From assembly GCA_009392285.1 (NCBI GenBank), contig VFGU01000012.1, positions 164,045-228,044 of the forward strand: a DNA stretch of 64,000 bases, in the 5' to 3' direction. Source of the stretch: SAR202 cluster bacterium. Lineage in GTDB: Bacteria; Chloroflexota; Dehalococcoidia; Lucifugimonadales; Lucifugimonadaceae. The position numbers and the translations under genes were made by a program. Every line of letters begins with the position of its first letter. Position 1 is the stretch's first letter. This document shows positions 56,568 through 64,000 of the stretch, piece by piece. Under the pieces are notes generated by a model. The model did no database searches. It was not told the origin of the DNA and worked only from the letters and a program-made list of their open reading frames with translations.

Positions 56568-57014
56568 TTAATCTTTTTTTGTAGGGACTCTAAAACTAAC
56601 ATAATAAAATCCAATCATTCCTACTGCTAATACAATTATTCTCATCGTATTATTAGGTATAGCGATTGGTGAAAAAGGCAGCACAGCTAGTAATACAAAA
56701 ATTGTCATCATGGAAAGAGCAGTGATTTTTGCTCTTTGAGGCATTCCTTTTCCTTCTCTAAAATCTTTTATATATTTTCCGAAAGTTTTATTTTTTATTA
56801 GCCAGTTGTATAACCTTTCTGATGACCTGATATAACAAGCAGAGGCTAAAATCAAGAAAACAGTTGTTGGTAGTCCAGGCACAAAAATACCAATTGTTCC
56901 TATTCCTACAAAAATACTGCCAAGAGATATCCAAAATAGCCTAATGAGAAGAAATCTACTTTTCTTCATTTCATGAGGCGAATTATTTTCTGGCATATTC
57001 TTCTTCTTTTTCAC
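56568..57014 (-). CDS. DUF454 (YbaN-like) inner-membrane protein
   Basis: GIFVPGLPTTVFLILASACY and KGMP; small, 3-4 TM helices. Confidence 0.7.
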   Translation of the reverse strand: MKKKKNMPENNSPHEMKKSRFLLIRLFWISLGSIFVGIGTIGIFVPGLPTTVFLILASACYIRSSERLYNWLIKNKTFGKYIKDFREGKGMPQRAKITALSMMTIFVLLAVLPFSPIAIPNNTMRIIVLAVGMIGFYYVSFRVPTKKD

Positions 57015-58080
57015 TTAAATATTCTGCAAAACTTCTTACCCAGTCTTCATTATCATTTAGGCTTGGTATAAGTTTTACATATTCTCCACCATTTTTTTCA
57101 AAATCTTCATGATTTTCGACTGCAATTTCTTCAAGAGTTTCTAAACAATCTGCAGTGAATGAAGGGCAGGCAACTGACACCTTTTTAATGCCTTGTTTAG
57201 CTAAATCCTCTAATACATCAATGATATTGGGCTGAATCCATTGTTCAGGACCAAAAGTGCTTTGATAGCAAATTTTAAATGGTTTATCAGGATCAAGTGA
57301 TTCTGAAAGTTTCATTACTGTTTTAACGCAATGAGATTTATAGCAAAATTCATTATTCTCACTATCTTTTTCACAGCAATTATCTACCTTTTGGCAATGT
57401 GATTCTGAAATATCTGCTTTTTTTAATTGTCTTACTGGAAGGCCATGAAAACTGAAGAGCAAATATTCACTATTTTTATACTCCTCTGATTCAATAATAC
57501 TTTTCTTGAGTGATTTTAAGTAAAATTCTTCATTATAATAATGGTTAATTTTTATTAAGTTAGGGCTATAACCTTCCTTTTTTAATACCCTTTCAACTTC
57601 TGTAAAAGTTGACCCCGAAGTCGCTTCGGCATATTGAGGGAACATAGATACAAGAAAAAGTTTATCTATCTCGTTTTCTTTAAATTTTTTTATTGCTTTT
57701 TCTATAGAAGGGTTTCCATATCTCATGCCTATTTCAACGTTTTCATTCGTATATTTCTTTAATTTTTCTGCAAATTTAATTGTGTTGACAAGTAAGGGAG
57801 AACCTTCTTTTGTCCAAATGCCTTGGTACTTAGCTTGTATTCTAGCTGGCCTAAAGGGCAGAACGATAAGATTAACTATGATCCATCTTAAAACAGATGC
57901 TAGACCATTTCTCAATACATCAATTCCTTTAGAATATTCCTTTAGTCTCTGTGAAGGATAATCAAGCATGTCTGGGTCAGATAAAAACTGCTTTAAGTAT
58001 CTTCTTAGTGCCGGGATACTAGTTTCATCTGGTGTCCCAGTATTCATAATTAGATAGCCAACTTTACTTTTTTCTTTCAT
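56983..58080 (-). CDS. hemH: Ferrochelatase with an internal Cys-rich insertion
   Basis: LIMNTGTP, MRYGNPSI, FSFHGLP and CLETLEEI. Insert residues about 211-245 read SHCQKVDNCCEKDSENNEFCYKSHC. Confidence 0.88.
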   Translation of the reverse strand: MKEKSKVGYLIMNTGTPDETSIPALRRYLKQFLSDPDMLDYPSQRLKEYSKGIDVLRNGLASVLRWIIVNLIVLPFRPARIQAKYQGIWTKEGSPLLVNTIKFAEKLKKYTNENVEIGMRYGNPSIEKAIKKFKENEIDKLFLVSMFPQYAEATSGSTFTEVERVLKKEGYSPNLIKINHYYNEEFYLKSLKKSIIESEEYKNSEYLLFSFHGLPVRQLKKADISESHCQKVDNCCEKDSENNEFCYKSHCVKTVMKLSESLDPDKPFKICYQSTFGPEQWIQPNIIDVLEDLAKQGIKKVSVACPSFTADCLETLEEIAVENHEDFEKNGGEYVKLIPSLNDNEDWVRSFAEYLSEKEEEYARK

Positions 58081-58199
58081 TGAAGATGCAATTAGATATT
58101 TAGATAGTTGTTAAAAAATAGGCTGTGAAATATATAACATCTTTTATATTTTTTTGCCAAATAAATTCTTTTGAAAAATAATATTTAACAAAAATTTAA

Positions 58200-58218
58200 A
58201 ATAATGTTGATCATTTTA
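58200..58218. promoter_or_regulatory. Fur-box-like sequence in the hemH / iron-transporter divergent region
   Basis: AATAATGTTGATCATTTTA matches the 19-bp consensus GATAATGATAATCATTATC at 14 of 19 positions by hand alignment. AT-rich background makes chance matches likely. Confidence 0.3.
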
Positions 58219-58228
58219 GTAAAAATTT

Positions 58229-58249
58229 ACTTGACTTAGTTAGTCAAGT
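58229..58249. promoter_or_regulatory. Perfect 8-bp inverted repeat ACTTGACT-N5-AGTCAAGT upstream of the iron-binding-protein gene
   Basis: Arms at 58229-58236 and 58242-58249. A third TTAGTCAA half-site lies about 58270-58277. The left arm contains a -35-like TTGACT. Confidence 0.4.
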
Positions 58250-58299
58250 TTAATAAAAAGTATATCGAATTAGTCAACAATAACAGAAAGGTTTAGGCT

Positions 58300-59445
58300 A
58301 TGAAGAATTTATTTATAAGTATTGTTATTTCTTCTTTGGCTCTTTTTGCTTTAGCTTGCGGATCTACTGAGGCGGAAGTTCAAGTAGTGAAAGAAGTCCA
58401 AGAAGTTGAAGTTGTTAAAGAGGTGCCTGTAGAGGTTGTTAGAGAAGTTGCAGTTGTAGAAGAAAGGGTAAAAGAAGTTGAAGTTATTAAAGAAGTTGAA
58501 GTTGAAAAAACTCCAAAACCTTTAGTAATTTACTCTGGAAGGAGTGAGTCTTTAGTCGGTCCAATTATTGCTCAATTCTCAGAGGCAACTGGAACTCCAG
58601 TTGAAGTAAAATACGGAAAAACAGCTGCTATGGCTGCTACATTATTAGAAGAGGGGGATAAGACTCCAGCTGATGTTTTCTTTGCGCAAGATCCAGGTGG
58701 ATTGGGTGCTGTTGAATCAATGTTAGCAACTCTTCCAGCAAATATTACAGAGTTAGTACCTGACTGGGCAGATTCTCCTGATCGTAAGTGGACAGGTATC
58801 TCTGGAAGAGCAAGGGTGGTAGTGTACAACACGGATGCAATTAGTGACCCTGCCACTCAGCTCCCTGATAACATTTATGATTTTATTGATCCTAAATGGA
58901 AGGGAAAGATTGGATGGCCTCCGACCAATAGTTCTTTTCATGCTATGGTTACTGGAATGAGGCAAACTTGGGGTGAAGAAAAGACAAGGACTTGGCTTGA
59001 AGGAATAGTAGCTAATGGAGCCAATGTTTATGCTAAAAACACTCCGACAGTTGAAGCAGCAGGAGCAGGCGAAATTGAAGTAGGATTTGTTAATCACTAC
59101 TATTTGCACAGATTCATAGCTGCTAATACAGAAAGCTTCAAAGCAAGAAACTACTTCCTTCCTGGAGGTGGTCCTGGTTCGGTTGTTTTGGTTGCAGGTG
59201 CAGGAGTATTAGAAGCATCTGATAACCCAGATGGAGCAGAGGCATTCATCAGATTTATGCTTTCTGCGCCAGCTCAGGCATACTTTGCTAACCAGACTTA
59301 TGAGTATCCTCTTGTTGAAGGTGTTAAGAAAAATCACCTTCTTCCAGATCTTGATACATTGAATCTTCCAGATATTGATATATCTGATTTAGGAGATATA
59401 GAGGCAACTCAAAAATTACTGCAAGAAACAGGAGCGCTTCCTTAA
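58300..59445 (+). CDS. ABC transporter substrate-binding lipoprotein, Fe(III)-type (FbpA/AfuA-like)
   Basis: Lipobox ALFALAC, an acidic EV-repeat linker, then VIYSGRSESLVGPII..ADVFFAQDPGGLG. Followed by a two-domain permease and an ATPase. Confidence 0.8.
   Translation: MKNLFISIVISSLALFALACGSTEAEVQVVKEVQEVEVVKEVPVEVVREVAVVEERVKEVEVIKEVEVEKTPKPLVIYSGRSESLVGPIIAQFSEATGTPVEVKYGKTAAMAATLLEEGDKTPADVFFAQDPGGLGAVESMLATLPANITELVPDWADSPDRKWTGISGRARVVVYNTDAISDPATQLPDNIYDFIDPKWKGKIGWPPTNSSFHAMVTGMRQTWGEEKTRTWLEGIVANGANVYAKNTPTVEAAGAGEIEVGFVNHYYLHRFIAANTESFKARNYFLPGGGPGSVVLVAGAGVLEASDNPDGAEAFIRFMLSAPAQAYFANQTYEYPLVEGVKKNHLLPDLDTLNLPDIDISDLGDIEATQKLLQETGALP
58372..58512 (+). repeat. Low-complexity (E-V-x-V-V/I-K-E-V)n coding repeat forming the lipoprotein tether
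   Basis: Encodes EAEVQVVKEVQEVEVVKEVPVEVVREVAVVEERVKEVEVIKEVEVEK. A roughly 20-bp unit, GAAGTTGAAGTTGTTAAAGA at 58402-58421, recurs with one mismatch at 58474-58493. Confidence 0.7.
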
Positions 59446-59480
59446 TTAATATTTAGAACATTTCGTTTCTTCATTTTAAA

Positions 59481-59511
59481 AGAGAGAGAATTAACGTTCT
59501 CTCTCTTTTTT
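59481..59511 (+). terminator. Rho-independent terminator/attenuator between the binding-protein and permease genes
   Basis: AGAGAGAGAA (59481-59490), loop TTAACG, TTCTCTCTCT (59497-59506), then TTTTT. Confidence 0.8.
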
Positions 59512-59519
59512 ATATATAC

Positions 59520-61124
59520 TTGACCAACATGATTAAGTTTAGAAATATTAATATAAATTATTATTGGCTTTCAGCGCTTTCAACTATTGTAGCTACTGCA
59601 GTATCTATCCCTATCATATATTTGATTTTTAGAGCTATTAATGCTGAGAATTTTGTTGAACTTTTATTTAGAGAAAGAGTTTTCTGGATTATTATTAGAT
59701 CAATTATTTTAATCTTATTCGTAACCTCTTTTTCAATAGTAATATCATATTTATTATGTCATTTTTTAATAAAAACTAATGTGCCATTTAAAAAATTTTT
59801 AACAGTGTTTTGTTGTCTTCCTATCGTCATTCCTAGTTATGTATATGGGATGGTTTTTGTAGATTTATTGGGTCCTAAAGGTAAACTTAATAAGATTTTG
59901 AGTAACCTTAATATTACAGATTATTTTCCAGATTTATATGGATTTTGGGGTGCTGCTATTGTATTAACTTTTTTATCTTATCCATATGTTTTTTTGCCTT
60001 TGAGGGCTGCTATGCTCAGACTTGATAGTTCTTTTGAGGATGCCTCAAGGAGTTTAGGAAGAGGAAGATTTAAGACTTTTTTTTATATTTCCCTCCCACT
60101 TTTATTCCCCGCCATAAGATCAGGAGGCATTCTAGTTGCTTTGTATACTCTAAGTGATTTTGGGGCAGTTGCATTATTGAGATACGAAACATTTACTTGG
60201 GCAATCATGACCCAATATGAAACAGGATTTAATCGAATTGCTGCTGCAATCCTTTCATTAGTATTAGTAATTATTGCGATTTCATTATTAGGGTTGGATA
60301 GTTTATTTAGTGGTCCTAAAAATTATCATTCTTCATCTTCATCCCTTAAGTCTCCGAGTGTAGAGATATTAAGTTCTAAAAGATGGTTAATATTTATTGG
60401 TATATGCATAGTGCCGTTTATAGGAGTTGTGATTCCTTTCATAGGGCTACTTTATTGGTTATTAAGAGGAATATTTATAGGTCAGGTTTTTTCTTTTAAT
60501 TTGAGTTTTAGCACTATATTTAATTCACTATATGTTTCTGCGTTAGCTTCAATTTTTACTTTAATAATTGCAATTCCTATTGCTTTTTTTGCAGTAAAAC
60601 ATAAAGGAAAATTTAGTCTTATTTTAGAAAAAATTTCTTATATAGGTTTTGGGTTGCCAGCTATAGTAGTAGCGCTTTCTCTTGTATACTTCTCAATTAA
60701 TTTTGCTTTCCCTATTTATCAGACCATCTTTGTTTTGACTTTTGGATATGGAGTATTGTTTTTGCCAGTAGCAGTAAGTGCGCTAAAAACAACTTTAATG
60801 CAAGTTAATCAAAACCTTGAAGACGCATCACGAGGCCTTGGAATAGGATATTGGGTTACCATGTGGAGAATAACAATACCATTAATAATGCCAAGTGTTT
60901 TAGCCGGAGGATTATTAGTTTTTCTGCTCACATTAAAAGAATTGCCATTAACTATGATTCTTTCGCCACTTAATTTTGATAGTTTGGCATTAAAAGTTTG
61001 GGGATACGCTTCTGAAGCATTTTTTGCAGAAGCAGCACTTCCAGCATTGATTTTGATATTATTATCAGGTCCTGCATCTGCATATTTAGTTTTAAAGAGA
61101 AATGATATTGAAATGAGCACTTAA
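59520..61124 (+). CDS. Iron(III)-type ABC transporter permease (duplicated domain, FbpB-like)
   Basis: About 12 TM helices and two EAA-type loops, EDASRSLGRGRFKTFFYISLPLL and EDASRGLGIGYWVTMWRITIPLI. Alternative ATG start at 59529. Confidence 0.85.
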   Translation: MTNMIKFRNININYYWLSALSTIVATAVSIPIIYLIFRAINAENFVELLFRERVFWIIIRSIILILFVTSFSIVISYLLCHFLIKTNVPFKKFLTVFCCLPIVIPSYVYGMVFVDLLGPKGKLNKILSNLNITDYFPDLYGFWGAAIVLTFLSYPYVFLPLRAAMLRLDSSFEDASRSLGRGRFKTFFYISLPLLFPAIRSGGILVALYTLSDFGAVALLRYETFTWAIMTQYETGFNRIAAAILSLVLVIIAISLLGLDSLFSGPKNYHSSSSSLKSPSVEILSSKRWLIFIGICIVPFIGVVIPFIGLLYWLLRGIFIGQVFSFNLSFSTIFNSLYVSALASIFTLIIAIPIAFFAVKHKGKFSLILEKISYIGFGLPAIVVALSLVYFSINFAFPIYQTIFVLTFGYGVLFLPVAVSALKTTLMQVNQNLEDASRGLGIGYWVTMWRITIPLIMPSVLAGGLLVFLLTLKELPLTMILSPLNFDSLALKVWGYASEAFFAEAALPALILILLSGPASAYLVLKRNDIEMST

Positions 61125-61808
61125 ATGTATTCTAAGATAAAAGAAAAAACTACAAATTATGGTAGGATTCAATTAGAAGAGGTAAGCACCTCATTTAATG
61201 ATACTAAAATACTTGATGAATTCTCTCTAATTGTTGATCCTAGTCAATTTGTTTCTATATTAGGTACTAGTGGAATAGGAAAAACAACCCTATTAAGAGT
61301 TATATCTGGGTTTAAAAGAATTTCAGGTGGTTATTTAAGAATTAATGGGCAATTAGCATCTTCAAATTTTTTACATGTAACCCCTGAAAGAAGGAATTTA
61401 GGTTTTGTATTTCAAGATTATGCCCTTTTTCCTCACTTAAATGTTTTTGAGAACATTGGATACGGAATCAGTAAGAAGGATCCCAATAGACAAATTAAGA
61501 TAAAAGAAATGTTAAACATTCTAGATCTTTTAAATCACCAAAAAAAGATTCCTAGCCAATTATCTGGTGGTCAGCAACAAAGAGTTGCTATTGGCAGGGC
61601 TATGGCTATTAATCCTTCTGCCATTCTAATGGATGAGCCATTCTCAAACTTGGATTTTAGCCTAAAGAAAACTTTATCTTCTGAAATCAAAAAAATAATA
61701 AACAGGTCAGGAACATCTACGATAATGGTTACGCATGATGAGGGTGAAGCAGAAAGATTGTCTGATAAATGCTACTTAATGGAGAATGGGAAATTAAGAG
61801 ATATTTAG
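61125..61808 (+). CDS. ABC transporter ATP-binding protein (short, no C-terminal regulatory domain)
   Basis: GTSGIGKTT, LSGGQQQRV and ILMDEPFS. Confidence 0.9.
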   Translation: MYSKIKEKTTNYGRIQLEEVSTSFNDTKILDEFSLIVDPSQFVSILGTSGIGKTTLLRVISGFKRISGGYLRINGQLASSNFLHVTPERRNLGFVFQDYALFPHLNVFENIGYGISKKDPNRQIKIKEMLNILDLLNHQKKIPSQLSGGQQQRVAIGRAMAINPSAILMDEPFSNLDFSLKKTLSSEIKKIINRSGTSTIMVTHDEGEAERLSDKCYLMENGKLRDI

Positions 61809-61809
61809 A

Positions 61810-63072
61810 TCATTCATTTTTTAATGACAATATTAATGGGATAGCTAGAAAAACCAACAAAGAACCTACAGCGAAGGATACCCGATAAGTTTCAAATAGA
61901 TCATAAATTAGTCCACCTAATATAGGAGCAATTGCTGAAAAAATTCCGCCAATAGTACTCATCATTCCAACAGCAGTACCATAATTTTTTCTACCAAAAA
62001 AGTCTGCTATCATAGAAAGTCTCAATGGAATTGATGCTCCAAAACCTCCTCCCCAACAAAGTCCAAAAATCACAATTAAAACATTAGTGTTTATTGTTAT
62101 TCCAAAAATTTCTTTATCTATCATGCTTAATGAAAGTGATCCTATGCCTAGAAATAGAACAGCAATTGACATTAGATATTTTGGATTAATTTTGTTACTA
62201 GAAAATCCAACCATTAGTCTGCTTGATACATCAGCAAAAGCAATAATAGCTATAGAAAATCCAGCCAAAGAAAGAGATACATTAAAACTAGTTAATGCAG
62301 GGATGTGTAGCAAATTTAAGGCAAATAATCCTTGAGTTAAGCTGGTAGCTATTGCAAATTTCCAAAAAGTGGCTGATTTGAATATTTCTTTAACTGATTT
62401 GTCATTATTTTTTTTAATGTTATTCCTTGATCGATCATCATCTTCGTTTTCAATTTCTCCGTCTGGCAATAACCCATAATCTTCGGGAGTTGATCTCATA
62501 ATTAGAGTAGCTGGAAAACCAATAACCCAAAAACCAACCCCAGCAAAAATGATCACTGGTCTCCATCCATAATTACTTATAAGAATTACTAATAATGGGA
62601 CTAATAATCCTCCTATACCTGAAGCAGACATCATTAATGAAAGAGCTAGTTTTCTTTTTTTAACAAACCAATTTCCAACAGTTGCTACTAGAACAATAAA
62701 AGTGCCAAATGACATCCCAACTGTTAATAATGTTATACAAAGATAAAAGTGCCATATCTTCGTAATAAATCCCATTAAAATAAAACTTAGTCCAGTGGTA
62801 AAAATACCAAATGCCATAACTTTTTTTATTCCGAATTTATTTAGAATAATTCCAACAAAAGGAGATATCATTCCTCCTTCTGATCTTTGTATCGACATTC
62901 CTGCGGCAGTTAAAGCCCTGCTCCATCCCATAGATTCAACAATAGGATCAAAGAAAGCAGTGAATCCTCTCCAGAAAACCGTAGAGGCATATCCCTGAAC
63001 CATAGCTCCTGCACCTACTATTTTCCATCCATAAAAAAATTTATTTTTTTTACTAGACGTAATTCCTCCTAT
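61810..63072 (-). CDS. MFS transporter; N-terminus extended beyond the ORF-track ATG
   Basis: About 12 TM helices. Upstream of ATG 63003 the frame is open to 63093 and encodes ..IGGITSSKKNKFFYGWKIVGAGA, a basic N-terminus plus the first half of TM1. No ATG/GTG/TTG is in frame. ATA 63072 overlaps the fabI stop. Confidence 0.75.
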   Translation of the reverse strand: MGGITSSKKNKFFYGWKIVGAGAMVQGYASTVFWRGFTAFFDPIVESMGWSRALTAAGMSIQRSEGGMISPFVGIILNKFGIKKVMAFGIFTTGLSFILMGFITKIWHFYLCITLLTVGMSFGTFIVLVATVGNWFVKKRKLALSLMMSASGIGGLLVPLLVILISNYGWRPVIIFAGVGFWVIGFPATLIMRSTPEDYGLLPDGEIENEDDDRSRNNIKKNNDKSVKEIFKSATFWKFAIATSLTQGLFALNLLHIPALTSFNVSLSLAGFSIAIIAFADVSSRLMVGFSSNKINPKYLMSIAVLFLGIGSLSLSMIDKEIFGITINTNVLIVIFGLCWGGGFGASIPLRLSMIADFFGRKNYGTAVGMMSTIGGIFSAIAPILGGLIYDLFETYRVSFAVGSLLVFLAIPLILSLKNE

Positions 63073-63836
63073 AGGCCCATAATTCCATATCCACTATCTA
63101 CTGGTATTATTGCTCCCGTGATTCCAGAAGATAGATCACTTAATAGAAAACTTGATGTATTTGCTACTTCTTCGTGAGTTACATTTCTTTTAAGAGGAGA
63201 TCTATCTGAATGAACTTTTTGCATTTCCTTAAATCCAGCAATACTTCTTGCAGCAAGGGTTGGTAAAGGGCCTGCGGAAACAGCATTAACTCTAATATTA
63301 TTTTTGCCATATTCAGATGCTAATTGTTTTACGCAATTTTCTAATGCTGCTTTTGCGGTGCCCATAATGTTATAGCCAGGATAAACTTTTTGAGATGCCT
63401 CAAATGAAAGGGTGATAATTGACCCTCCTTCTGGATTCATGATTTCCGAACCCAATTTTGTTATTGGAATTAAACTATAAGCACTAGTTTCAAGAGCAGT
63501 AGAAAATCCATCTTTAGTTACATTAGAAAAATTGCCACCTAAATCTTCCCTTTCCGCAAACGCAATGCTGTGAACTATAAAATCTATTTGATTCAATTTT
63601 ACTTTTGCTACTTTAAAAAAATTATCAAGACTATTTTGATTTAATACATCGCACTCTTCTATGAAAGATGGATTAAGATCGTTTAAGGATTTTTCTACAC
63701 TACCCAATATTCTTTCATTTTGATATGAATAGCCAATTTCAGCCCCTAAACTCGACAGTTCTTTTGCTATATAGTAGGCAATGCTACGATGATTTGCTAC
63801 TCCAAAAATTAATCCTTTTTTCTCTTTAAAATCCAT
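63069..63836 (-). CDS. fabI: Enoyl-[acyl-carrier-protein] reductase (NADH)
   Basis: GVANHRSIAYYIA and YNIMGTAKAALE. Confidence 0.92.
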   Translation of the reverse strand: MDFKEKKGLIFGVANHRSIAYYIAKELSSLGAEIGYSYQNERILGSVEKSLNDLNPSFIEECDVLNQNSLDNFFKVAKVKLNQIDFIVHSIAFAEREDLGGNFSNVTKDGFSTALETSAYSLIPITKLGSEIMNPEGGSIITLSFEASQKVYPGYNIMGTAKAALENCVKQLASEYGKNNIRVNAVSAGPLPTLAARSIAGFKEMQKVHSDRSPLKRNVTHEEVANTSSFLLSDLSSGITGAIIPVDSGYGIMGL

Positions 63837-63846
63837 TTTTATCTCC

Positions 63847-64000
63847 TTACCAATTTGTTACCGATCCATCGGTTCTTTTTAATTGAGGAGGATCCCATTT
63901 CTTGAATTTACTTTCTTTGAGTATTTCCTCATTTACAGATATTCCTAACCCTGGCGTATCTGCTACTTTAAACATTGCATTTTCCATCTTATGATCTATT
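63847..64000 (-). CDS. C-terminal fragment of an enolase-superfamily (mandelate racemase/muconate lactonizing, sugar-acid dehydratase-like) enzyme; N-terminus beyond window end
   Basis: Manual translation: ..IDHKMENAMFKVADTPGLGISVNEEILKESKFKKWDPPQLKRTDGSVTNW*. PGLGI..NEE is the usual MR/MLE C-terminal pattern. Confidence 0.6.
   Translation of the reverse strand, partial: IDHKMENAMFKVADTPGLGISVNEEILKESKFKKWDPPQLKRTDGSVTNW

Noticed and set aside
58572-59109. Two overlapping minus-strand ORFs (94 and 118 aa) inside the binding-protein gene
   Set aside because: They arise because this gene is locally GC-richer (fewer stop codons on the reverse strand). They have no motifs and overlap a strongly supported CDS.
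1-64000. CRISPR arrays, IS elements/transposases, integrases, prophage genes, toxin-antitoxin pairs, rRNA, and alternative genetic code
   Set aside because: I saw no spaced direct-repeat arrays and no transposase, integrase or phage-like ORFs in any frame. TGA, TAA and TAG all serve as stops of well-supported genes, so the standard code 11 fits.

Overview
AT-rich (about 30% GC by eye, only a few lines hand-counted), very compact bacterial chromosome segment. It holds about 61 protein genes and one tRNA. By my tally only about 1.3 kb of 64 kb lies outside genes, and many neighbours overlap by 1-32 nt, including convergent pairs that overlap at their 3' ends. I see no rRNA, CRISPR array, IS element, integrase, prophage or recognisable defence system. 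Most content is housekeeping: dgt-dnaG, glmS, plsC-cmk-holB-lysA-mazG, recF, a sirtuin, lysC-thrB, trxB, argJBD-GH plus a separate argC, rpe, fakA/degV-recG, tRNA-Glu, nth, metG, rsmI, lipA, tatB-like/tatC/tatA, lexA, rpsT, rel, hemH, an Fe(III)-type ABC importer and fabI. The synteny (dgt-dnaG, DAK2-DegV-recG, LexA, a lipoprotein-type binding protein on a long linker) looks like a Gram-positive-type lineage (Actinobacteria, Chloroflexi or Firmicutes-like). That fits a streamlined marine planktonic genome, but taxonomy cannot be settled from this window. The one clearly accessory block is about 18.3-32.0 kb, a cell-surface glycosylation island. It has a NeuB/HAD-phosphatase/SDR/NeuA module plus a fused transketolase, four glycosyltransferases, a PglC-like initiating transferase, two epimerases and a 934-aa Wzy_C membrane protein fused to a C-terminal FKBP prolyl isomerase. 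My best candidate for something undescribed is a nonulosonic-acid-capped protein O-glycosylation system built around that fusion; this is an inference, not demonstrated. A second recurring oddity is that holB, recF and an MFS transporter encode conserved N-termini with no in-frame ATG/GTG/TTG. Each has an ATH codon on or next to the upstream gene's stop codon. Smaller signals: tRNA-Glu sits 3 nt before an ATG, ferrochelatase carries a Cys-rich insert, several intergenic regions hold candidate operators, and two surface proteins have tandem-repeat linkers.
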